This document shows, piece after piece, positions 6,935 through 14,451 of a DNA stretch of 27,695 bases. Origin of the DNA: a virus (taxonomy: Duplodnaviria > Caudoviricetes). The notes below the pieces were generated by a model that had not been told where the DNA came from, ran no database searches, and saw nothing but the letters and a program-made list of their open reading frames with translations. A program made the position numbers and the translations under genes. How positions within the stretch are numbered: position 1 is the first letter of the stretch; each line of letters starts with the position of its first letter. Location: positions 1 through 27,695 of the IMG/VR virus record IMGVR_UViG_3300046817_000471. The stretch is one strand, 5' to 3'.

Positions 6935-8886
6935 TCCGCAAGAAGGAGAAAGCGGCGCCGCCGCCCGCCGGCGACCCGCAAGAGTTCGTCATGTCCGACG
7001 GCAGCGTCGACCGCATGGGCGACGTGATCGACCCGGACGGCTGGCTGCTCGACAATTTCCGCAAGAACCCGGTGGCGCTGTTCGGCCACGATTCGAGCTT
7101 CCCGATCGGCAAGTGGTCCGATGTCGGCGTTCGCCGCGGCGCACTCACCGGACGGCTCGACCTCATGGACCCGGTCTCCGACCGGCAGCGCGAGATCAAG
7201 GCCGCGGTCGATGCCGGGGTGCTCCGCGCGGTCTCGGTCGGGTTTCATCCCAGCAAATACGAGCCGCTTGAAGGCTCCAAGAACGGTGGCCTGCACTTCC
7301 TCGAACAGGAACTCGTCGAGTGCTCGCTCGTCAGCGTGCCCGCTAACGCGAATGCCTTGGCGATTGCCAAGTCCATCGGACTATCCCGCGAGACGCAAAG
7401 CCTGATCTTCGGCGTGCCAGCCGAACCGGATCAGCAAGGCTCCCCGCGGCCCATCGGCGTGCCAGCCGGATCAGACACCCTCATCCGAAAGCACAAACCG
7501 ATGAACCAGCTCAGCGAACGCATCCAAGCCAAACAGACCGAACTCGTCGCCATGCGCGACCAGTTGACCAGCATCGACCCCGACGAATCGTCGAAGATGG
7601 ACGATCTCACCCTGCGTATCGAGGAAGCGCAGAACCTTATCGCCACCTGGGAACGGGCCGAGAAGGCGCTCGGTGCCACGGCAAGCGAAGCCATCAACGT
7701 CCCGGCGGCCCGCACCACGGTCTACGCACCGAACCAGCCGCTGCCGGCAAGCGCACCCAAAACCTGGGCGCAGCCGAAAAAGAAGGAGGAGCCGGGATAT
7801 CTGTACCTGCGCCACATGGCCTGCGTGGCGCTGTCGCACATCACCAAGAAGCCGATCGATGTGGTGATGCAGGAACGCTATGGAAGTTACGGCGATTTCG
7901 ACGTTACCCGCGGGGTCAGCGACTGGTTTATCCGCGCCGCCAGCGCGCCGGCAACGATCGGCGGCGCGGGCTGGGCCGACACCCTCGCCACCACGACATA
8001 TGGCGAGTTCCTCGATCTGCTCTATCCCGGCTCGGTCTATGGGCCGCTGTCGTCCTACGGGTTCAGAGCAACCCTCGGGCGCTTTGCGGTGCTGTCGATG
8101 CCGACCCGTGTCACCACACCCACGGTGGCGGGCTCGTTCATCGCCGAGGGCGCGCCCATCCCGGTGCGGCAGGCGGCCTTCACGCCGATCACCATCGGCC
8201 TGAAAAAGATGGCGGTGATCACGTCGTACACGCGGGAAATCGCCGAGCATTCCAACCCGCAGATTGAAGCCATCCTGCGCTCGCTGATCATGGAAGACAC
8301 GCATATCGCCATCGACACGATCCTCTTGGACGCGACGGCGGTGAGCGGCGTGCGACCAGCCGGATTGCGCAGTGGCGTTGCCGGCCTGACACCGACGGCC
8401 GGCGGCGGATTCACCGCGCTGGTCGGCGACATCAAGCAGATGATCAACGTTCTGGCCTCCGCCAATTCGTTGCGTTCGCCGGTGTGGATCATGCACCCGT
8501 CGCAGACCAACTCGATCGGGCTGACGGCGACCGCCAACGGCGTTTTCCCGTTCAAGCAGGAAATCGACGGCAAGATGCTGCAAGGCTACCCGGTGATCGT
8601 TTCGTCCACGCAGACCTCGGGGACGGTCATGCTGCTGGACGCCGCCGACTTCATGTCGGTGAGCGGAGACGACCCGCGCTTTGAGGTCAGCGACCAGGCG
8701 ACGCTGCACTTCGAGGACACCACACCGCTGCAACTGACGACCGGCGCACAAGGCTCGGGTGTCGTCGCAACGCCGACGCGGTCCATGTACCAGACCGACA
8801 GCCTGGCGCTGCGCATGATCCTGCCGATGAACTGGGCCATGCGCCGCAGCGGCGTGATCGCCTGGATCGCGGCGGTCACTTGGTAG
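6931..8886 (+). CDS. Fused HK97-family prohead protease + major capsid protein (651 aa)
   Basis: Protease motifs DRMGDVI, NPVALFGHD, AVSVGF, ELVECSLVSVPAN; then a coiled-coil delta-like region from M at 7501; HK97-fold motifs FIAEGAPIP, KKMAVIT..TRE, WIMHP, LQGYPVIVS, MYQTDSLALR. No stop between the parts. Confidence 0.93.
   Translation: MIRKKEKAAPPPAGDPQEFVMSDGSVDRMGDVIDPDGWLLDNFRKNPVALFGHDSSFPIGKWSDVGVRRGALTGRLDLMDPVSDRQREIKAAVDAGVLRAVSVGFHPSKYEPLEGSKNGGLHFLEQELVECSLVSVPANANALAIAKSIGLSRETQSLIFGVPAEPDQQGSPRPIGVPAGSDTLIRKHKPMNQLSERIQAKQTELVAMRDQLTSIDPDESSKMDDLTLRIEEAQNLIATWERAEKALGATASEAINVPAARTTVYAPNQPLPASAPKTWAQPKKKEEPGYLYLRHMACVALSHITKKPIDVVMQERYGSYGDFDVTRGVSDWFIRAASAPATIGGAGWADTLATTTYGEFLDLLYPGSVYGPLSSYGFRATLGRFAVLSMPTRVTTPTVAGSFIAEGAPIPVRQAAFTPITIGLKKMAVITSYTREIAEHSNPQIEAILRSLIMEDTHIAIDTILLDATAVSGVRPAGLRSGVAGLTPTAGGGFTALVGDIKQMINVLASANSLRSPVWIMHPSQTNSIGLTATANGVFPFKQEIDGKMLQGYPVIVSSTQTSGTVMLLDAADFMSVSGDDPRFEVSDQATLHFEDTTPLQLTTGAQGSGVVATPTRSMYQTDSLALRMILPMNWAMRRSGVIAWIAAVTW
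7409..7468 (+). repeat. 15-bp direct repeat TCGGCGTGCCAGCCG (7409-7423 and 7454-7468) in the protease-capsid linker
   Basis: Read directly; both copies encode GVPA and are followed closely by GATCAG. Confidence 0.85.
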
Positions 8887-8908
8887 GACGACGGTACACC
8901 TGGCGCAT

Positions 8909-8934
8909 TCCGGCGCAGTGGTTGCTGCGCCGGA
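8909..8934 (+). other. Stable RNA hairpin downstream of the capsid stop (no U-tract)
   Basis: TCCGGCGCAG-tggttg-CTGCGCCGGA, a perfect 10-bp stem; outer GACGA (8887-8891) can pair with TCGTC (8935-8939). Confidence 0.75.
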
Positions 8935-8952
8935 TCGTCACCAAAGGAGACG

Positions 8953-9453
8953 ATGATGCCGGAAGAGGATCTGAGCCCGTATCCGAGCCAGGCGGAACTC
9001 AACGAGATGGTGCTGGCCGCCGTCCTGACGGCGCCGCTGGGGGAGCCGAGGATCGTCGCACGCGACGGCGACGACCTCACCCCGGTGATGACCCAGGCAC
9101 AAAATGATTTCGCCATGCTGGTCGCCTGCGGCCCGCCGCCGGAGTCGCTGCCGCCGATCAACATCGACGTTCCCAGCGTGCAGCCGCAGAGTGCTGCGCC
9201 CGGTGAAACGCTCACCTGCACGATGGGAAACTGGACCGGCGAGCCGACCGCTTACGCCTACCAATGGCTGAGCGACGGCGAGAGCGAGCTTGGCACCGGC
9301 GACAGCTATACCGTGGTCGCGAGCGACAGCGGCACCAGCATCAGTTGCGTCGTCACCGCGACGAACGCCAATGGCTCGACCGCGGCGCCGCCATCGAATG
9401 CGGTCGCGGTGAATGGCAATGGCGCCACCCGCGGCCGCAGCCGCCGTGGCTGA
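8953..9453 (+). CDS. Ig-like domain protein, possible head decoration
   Basis: PPIN...P......GETLTCTMGNWTGEPTAYAYQW......GDSYTVVASDSGTSISCVVTATNANGS is an Ig-like beta-sandwich pattern; AAGGAG RBS (start 8953 or 8956). Confidence 0.75.
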   Translation: MMPEEDLSPYPSQAELNEMVLAAVLTAPLGEPRIVARDGDDLTPVMTQAQNDFAMLVACGPPPESLPPINIDVPSVQPQSAAPGETLTCTMGNWTGEPTAYAYQWLSDGESELGTGDSYTVVASDSGTSISCVVTATNANGSTAAPPSNAVAVNGNGATRGRSRRG

Positions 9454-10873
9454 ATCGACGGCGCTGGCGCGGGTGCTGTCGGCCGCCGGCCGCATCCTCC
9501 GCCCGCGCGCCAAGCAGCAGATCGGCAACGGCTACCTGCTGCCGCTCGGCGGCGGCATCATCCCCACCGACTGGCCGCTGAATTACTGGCAACTCGGCTA
9601 TAACCCGCTGCCGGCCGGCGGCGGCGCGATCGTCTATGCCTGTGTCGCGGCCTATTCCCAAACGACGGCAATGTGTCCCGGCACGCACTGGCGCTCGACC
9701 GGCGATGGCGGCCGCGAGCGGGTGGCGAATTCGGCGCTCTCGCGCATCCTCAAGCGGCCGAACAGCTATCAGTCGATCAGCGACTTCCTGCTCAACCTCA
9801 CCGGCGCGCTTTACGACACCGGCAACGCTTATGCGTTGGCGCTGCGCAACAACCGCTACGAGGTCAGCGAGCTGCACCTGATGGATTCGCGGATCTCGGC
9901 ACCGCACGTCGCGGTCGATGGCAGCGTCTATTACAACGTCGCCGGCAACCCGATGGTCGAGGCCAGCATCCCGCACGATGCGCTGACCGCGGTTCCGGCG
10001 CGCGACGTGCTGCACATCCGGCTCGATACCCGCAACATGCGCTACCGGCCGCTGATCGGCGAGCCGCCGCTGGTCAACGCAATGACCGACATCGCCGCCT
10101 CGAATGCGATGGTGCAGCAGGCATTGGCCTTCACGGCCAACCAGGCGCGCCCGAGCGGGGTGCTGACGACCCCTGACCTCTTTGACGAAGCGCAGGTCGC
10201 CGCGACGCGGGCGCGCTGGGAAGAGGTCACCAGCGGCGCCGGCGCCGGCCGCACGCCGATCCTCACCGGCGGCCTCAAATGGGAGCAGACCGCAACCACC
10301 AGCCGCGACGCGCAACTCGCCGAAATGCTCCAGATCACCGACGGCCGTATCGCCTCGGTCTATCGCATACCGCTGGAGCTGCTCAGCTTGTTCACCGCCG
10401 GTGCGCCGCCCAAGGCCGCCTCGACCGAAAACCTCATGCGCTTCTGGATCGCCTCGGGGCTCGGCTTCTGCCTCAACCATATCGAGGAAGCGGTCGGCAA
10501 TTTCTTCGGCCTCGGCGGTTGGCCGGACGAATACCTCGAACTCGACACCGCGGCGCTGGAGCGCAGCAACCTGAAAGACCGCATCGCGGCGCTGGCGCAA
10601 GGTGTCCAAGGCGGCATCTTCTCACCCAACGAGGCGCGCCGCCTGGAAGACCTGCCCGAGGCGGAAGACGGCGACGAGCCCAGGGTGCAGCAGCAGGTCG
10701 TGCCGCTCAGCGCCTGGTCGGCGACGCCGCCCGCGACCTCGGCGCCCGCCTCTGCACCGGCCGCACCGCCCGAGGATTCGCCTTCCGCAGACTCCGGGGA
10801 TGTGCCGAATGCCAACCAGTTCGCCGCCAGCATCCTGCGCGCCGCCAATGACCACAGCCGAACTCTTCACTGA
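9446..10873 (+). CDS. Portal protein (HK97 family)
   Basis: [72 protein letters not shown] 9446 preferred; ATG 9413 possible. Confidence 0.95.
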   Translation: MAESTALARVLSAAGRILRPRAKQQIGNGYLLPLGGGIIPTDWPLNYWQLGYNPLPAGGGAIVYACVAAYSQTTAMCPGTHWRSTGDGGRERVANSALSRILKRPNSYQSISDFLLNLTGALYDTGNAYALALRNNRYEVSELHLMDSRISAPHVAVDGSVYYNVAGNPMVEASIPHDALTAVPARDVLHIRLDTRNMRYRPLIGEPPLVNAMTDIAASNAMVQQALAFTANQARPSGVLTTPDLFDEAQVAATRARWEEVTSGAGAGRTPILTGGLKWEQTATTSRDAQLAEMLQITDGRIASVYRIPLELLSLFTAGAPPKAASTENLMRFWIASGLGFCLNHIEEAVGNFFGLGGWPDEYLELDTAALERSNLKDRIAALAQGVQGGIFSPNEARRLEDLPEAEDGDEPRVQQQVVPLSAWSATPPATSAPASAPAAPPEDSPSADSGDVPNANQFAASILRAANDHSRTLH

Positions 10874-11531
10874 CGGCTGGGCCGATGCGCTCGGCCAGGT
10901 GCTCGCCACCGAGCGCCGCGAGTGGCAACGCGAGCGCGAACTCGCCAGCGCCGAGCACCGCCGCATCGTCGCCGAGCTGCAAGCCGAGGTCGCCCAAATC
11001 AAGCTGCACCTGTTCGAGACGCTGCAGCAGAAACTTGCCGCTTTGCAGAATGGCCCGCCGGGGCCGCCAGGCGAGGCTGGAGCGCGGGGAGAGCCGGGGG
11101 AGGCTATCACGGGGCCGCCGGGGGAACAGGGCATCCCTGGGCCTCCTGGCGCGCCCGGTGAGGTCGGGCCGCCTGGGGAGAGGGGCGCCGACGCGCCGGT
11201 CGGCGAAGTTTGCGGGCTTTTTGACCGTGAACGCGCGTACCGCAAGTTTGATCTCGTCACCTTCCACGGCTCGGAATGGCGGGCCCGGTGCGACGATCCG
11301 GGGGCGCTGCCCGGCGATGGCTGGGCGTTGTCGGGCCAGGTCGGTGGCCGTGGCAAGGCAGGAGAGCGGGGTGAGCGCGGACCCGCGGGGCCAGCCGCGC
11401 CGAGGCACGTCGATTGGGCTATTCAGGAATACCGCGCCGCACCGATCTGGAGCGACGGATCGACCGGCCCGGTGCTCGACCTACGGTCCCTCTTCGAACT
11501 TTTCCATGGCGAGTCCAGCGGCCGGCGATGA
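10809..11531 (+). CDS. Collagen-like (Gly-X-Y) virion protein with N-terminal coiled coil
   Basis: [42 protein letters not shown], a small aromatic domain ([14 protein letters not shown]), then more Gly-X-Y. ATG 10809 has a GGGGA RBS; 10848 is an alternative start. Confidence 0.8.
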   Translation: MPTSSPPASCAPPMTTAELFTDGWADALGQVLATERREWQRERELASAEHRRIVAELQAEVAQIKLHLFETLQQKLAALQNGPPGPPGEAGARGEPGEAITGPPGEQGIPGPPGAPGEVGPPGERGADAPVGEVCGLFDRERAYRKFDLVTFHGSEWRARCDDPGALPGDGWALSGQVGGRGKAGERGERGPAGPAAPRHVDWAIQEYRAAPIWSDGSTGPVLDLRSLFELFHGESSGRR

Positions 11532-12154
11532 GAGCGCTCTTCACTACCGTCACCGTCCCGGCGTTGGTGCGCAGCCTTATCACCCTCGACGATCTGCGCG
11601 AGCAGCTGCGCATCAAGCCCAACGACACCGCCAACGACGGCTGGATGACCAAGGTCATCGCGCGCACCAGCACGCAGGCCGAGCAATACTGCAATCGGAT
11701 CTTTGCCGTACAGACCTACGCCGAGACCTACCGCGGCGGCGTCACCGGGCGGGACGGTGAGCCGCTCATTCTCGCCCAGGCGCCGGTCGACCCGGCGACG
11801 ATCGCCATCACCATCGACGGTGCCGCGCTCGATCCTGCCAACGATCTGGCGCTCGACCAGGATGCCGGCCTTGTTTACAGGATCACCACCCCGTACCTCT
11901 GGCAAAGCTCGACCTCGCTGGTGGTGACCTACACCGCCGGCTTTGCCGAGATCCCCTACGACGTGCAGCAGGCGGTACTTGATCTCTGCACGATGGATAA
12001 TGCCGGCCGCGGCCGCGACCCTATGCTGCGGGCTCAGGAATCCCCGGGACTTGGCCGCCAGGAGTTCTGGGTTGGTGGCATGCCCGGCGGCGCCACCATC
12101 CCGCAGGACATCGCGGGCGTGCTCGACGGTTATCGGCGAGGACTCATCGGATGA
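11528..12154 (+). CDS. Head-tail connector (HK97 gp6-like adaptor)
   Basis: [13 protein letters not shown]....D......I...[10 protein letters not shown]...[18 protein letters not shown]; ATGA overlap. Confidence 0.85.
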   Translation: MRALFTTVTVPALVRSLITLDDLREQLRIKPNDTANDGWMTKVIARTSTQAEQYCNRIFAVQTYAETYRGGVTGRDGEPLILAQAPVDPATIAITIDGAALDPANDLALDQDAGLVYRITTPYLWQSSTSLVVTYTAGFAEIPYDVQQAVLDLCTMDNAGRGRDPMLRAQESPGLGRQEFWVGGMPGGATIPQDIAGVLDGYRRGLIG

Positions 12155-12621
12155 TGGCGCCGGTCTTCACCACCGAGGTCGACGACAGGCACATCAAGCT
12201 GATGTTCGATCGGTTGCCGATGGCGCTGAAGACCAACCTGCGTGTCACAATCACCAGTCTAGTCAACGAATTGCTCGCCAAGGTCCGCGCCACCGAGCCG
12301 CATCGGACTGGCCGGCTGAATGCGGAGACGCGGAGTTTTGTCGACGAGCGCGAGAACGCCATCCTCGGTCGGGTGCGAATCCTCGGGCCGAGCGGTCGCG
12401 GCCACAACGTCGCCGCCGCTGCGCTTGAATATGGCGCGCACCGGGGCTTTCCGGTGAAGGCTTACGAACGGCGCGGCGGCGTCGGCGTCAGGGGATACCG
12501 GCGGCAGGCCAACATTGCTGAACGACGCTTCCTGCGTGGCCCCGCGGAGGAGATGCGCGCCAAGATACTCGCTGAGCTTCAGCAGGCGGTCGACAAATCG
12601 CTGGCGGAAGTGCAGCGATGA
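12151..12621 (+). CDS. HK97 gp10-like neck/tail-completion protein
   Basis: P.RTGRL, AAALEYGA, RRFLRGPAEE motifs; basic; position in the neck module. Confidence 0.7.
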   Translation: MMAPVFTTEVDDRHIKLMFDRLPMALKTNLRVTITSLVNELLAKVRATEPHRTGRLNAETRSFVDERENAILGRVRILGPSGRGHNVAAAALEYGAHRGFPVKAYERRGGVGVRGYRRQANIAERRFLRGPAEEMRAKILAELQQAVDKSLAEVQR

Positions 12622-13265
12622 ACCGCGAAATTATCATGGGCGCGCTGTTCAGCAAGCTGACCTCGCCGCCGCTTGTCTACAACTTCACCGCCGACACCAC
12701 GACCGGCGATATCGGGCTCGTCAATGTCAGCGATACGACCGGCCTCATGGTCGGCATGCCGGTGATCGGCGACGGACTGCCGGCGGATGCCACGATCGTG
12801 ACGATCACCCCAGCGGTGACGATATCCCTGCCGGCCATCGCCGACCGCACCGCGTCTGCCTTAACACAAGGGTTTCAGACCGTGACACGGCGCCTGGCGG
12901 ATCCCACCGCAGAACAGGACATGCCTGCGCTTTACCTTGTCGAGATCAGCGAGATGCACCCGCCGCGCGGCTCGAACGAGCCGGCGCTGATCGAACTGCA
13001 CTGCGAAGCCTGGGTATATACGCGGGTCGGTGCTGATCAGAACGCCATCCCGGCTGCAACGCTCAATACCCTAATCGATGGCATCGAGACGGCGCTCTAC
13101 CCGACCCCGACCGGCTTCCGGCAAAACCTCGGCGTCAACGGCGTGATGTATTGCCGGATAGAGGGCGAAGTTCAGAAAGACCCAGGCCACAACGGGCAGA
13201 TTGCCGGCGCCGTGATCCCGCTGAAACTGGTTGTCGGCCAAAGCTCCGAAACCTACCTGCTCTAG
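12618..13265 (+). CDS. Tail terminator-like protein with an inserted beta module
   Basis: REIIMGALF..L at the N-terminus, then GFQTVTRRL...PALYL.E...LNTLIDGIETAL...RQNLG..CRIEG..KDPG; directly upstream of the tail tube. Confidence 0.65.
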   Translation: MNREIIMGALFSKLTSPPLVYNFTADTTTGDIGLVNVSDTTGLMVGMPVIGDGLPADATIVTITPAVTISLPAIADRTASALTQGFQTVTRRLADPTAEQDMPALYLVEISEMHPPRGSNEPALIELHCEAWVYTRVGADQNAIPAATLNTLIDGIETALYPTPTGFRQNLGVNGVMYCRIEGEVQKDPGHNGQIAGAVIPLKLVVGQSSETYLL

Positions 13266-13277
13266 GAGGAACAACCG

Positions 13278-13838
13278 ATGCAAGGAAGAGATACAGCCAC
13301 ACCGCTCGCCGCAACGCCGGGCACGCTCAATGTGCTCGCTGCCAACCAACTCATCGGCAAAGTAAAATTTGTCGGTGCCAACGCCATAGGGCCGCAAATC
13401 ACGATGGAACTCACCAACGTGATGTTCAGGCCGGCGAATATCGCCTACGGCATGATCCAGGACGAATGGGGGCAGCTCCAGGTCACCGGCGAAGTGCTGG
13501 TCGATCCCGTCACCGGCTTCTTTGGCACGATCACACATCCCGATACGACGCTAACCTCGCCGCTGACAACGCTCTATTACATCGGCAAGGGCATCGTCTC
13601 AGTGCAGATTTTACAGGGGATCACGCCGCCTGACAGCGCCTACCGCGATGTCGGCAATGTGCCGGTGTTCGAGTTCACGCCCAACATCACTGTGCTGAGC
13701 CACTACAGCTCCAGGCTCGGCATCCGGTCCAAAGATTTGGAAGTAATCCACGAGAAACAGGCGACGCTGAACATGCATATGGACGAGTTCAGCTTTAAAA
13801 ATCTCCAGTTGGCGTTTATGGCGACGGTCGGCCCCTGA
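13278..13838 (+). CDS. Major tail tube protein, apparently circularly permuted
   Basis: Contains the tail-tube motif blocks YYIGKG...DVGNVP.FEFTP...HYSSR.G...KD...ATL...DE....NLQLAF and GKVKFVGAN.IG...V.F.P...DEW....GEVL, but in reversed order; AGGAGG RBS; lies between the terminator and chaperone genes. Confidence 0.85.
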   Translation: MQGRDTATPLAATPGTLNVLAANQLIGKVKFVGANAIGPQITMELTNVMFRPANIAYGMIQDEWGQLQVTGEVLVDPVTGFFGTITHPDTTLTSPLTTLYYIGKGIVSVQILQGITPPDSAYRDVGNVPVFEFTPNITVLSHYSSRLGIRSKDLEVIHEKQATLNMHMDEFSFKNLQLAFMATVGP

Positions 13839-14299
13839 TGGTTTCGCTGGTCGACATCGTCCCGCAAAAGCGCAGCGTCACCATCGCCGCCGGCGATCTG
13901 GAGCTGCGCGGTCTTGGCCTGCGGCAGATAGCCTATTTGTTTCTGCAATTCCCCAGCCTGCGAAACGTCTTTACCCAGAACGCGCCCGAGGTCGACATCG
14001 CTGAGCTGATCACCCAGGCGCCCGACGCGGTCGGCACCATCATTGCCGAGGCGGCGGATCAACCCGAGGCCGCGGGAGCCATTGCCGATGGCAGCCTGCT
14101 CACGCCAGACGAGGTGCTCGACTGCCTGACGGCGGTCCGCGACCTTACCTTCCCGCGAGGTCTGAACCCTTTATTGGAACGCCTGGCCGGGTTCGTCGCA
14201 CTCGGCCCGGCGCTCGGCCAATCTGGCGGGGATCAGGCTATGAGTGCGCCGAGGGAGCAGAGCAGCTTATCGCCGCCGGTCATGATCGCCGCGGAGTAA
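13838..14299 (+). CDS. Tail assembly chaperone (lambda gpG-like)
   Basis: Between tube and tape measure; SLVDI...V.I.G..LELRGLGL..IA.L...FP; TGATG overlap; contains a slippery site. Confidence 0.8.
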   Translation: MVSLVDIVPQKRSVTIAAGDLELRGLGLRQIAYLFLQFPSLRNVFTQNAPEVDIAELITQAPDAVGTIIAEAADQPEAAGAIADGSLLTPDEVLDCLTAVRDLTFPRGLNPLLERLAGFVALGPALGQSGGDQAMSAPREQSSLSPPVMIAAE

Positions 14300-14451
14300 T
14301 GGAGATGACCCCGCGGGAATTGCAGGCATTCCTGTTTATCGCGCAGCGCCGCCGGCAACGCGAACTCAGCGAAGAATTGCACCTGAACACCCTTGCCGCT
14401 CGTGCCGACGAAAAGGCGATCCGCGCGCAACTGAAGGAATGGGAGAAATAA
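14167..14451 (+). CDS. -1 frameshift extension of the chaperone (gpT-like part of a ~204-aa gpGT)
   Basis: In-phase heptamer C CCT TTA at 14167-14173; the -1 frame is open to TAA 14449-14451 and reads ...EQLIAAGHDRRGVMEMTPRELQAFLFIAQRRRQRE...EWEK. Confidence 0.75.
   Translation, partial: PFIGTPGRVRRTRPGARPIWRGSGYECAEGAEQLIAAGHDRRGVMEMTPRELQAFLFIAQRRRQRELSEELHLNTLAARADEKAIRAQLKEWEK

Noticed and set aside
3533-10609. Long minus-strand ORFs (3533-4669, 5853-7199, 7471-8751, 9353-10609)
   Set aside because: Antisense shadows of GC-rich genes with clear + strand products; no recognisable motifs.
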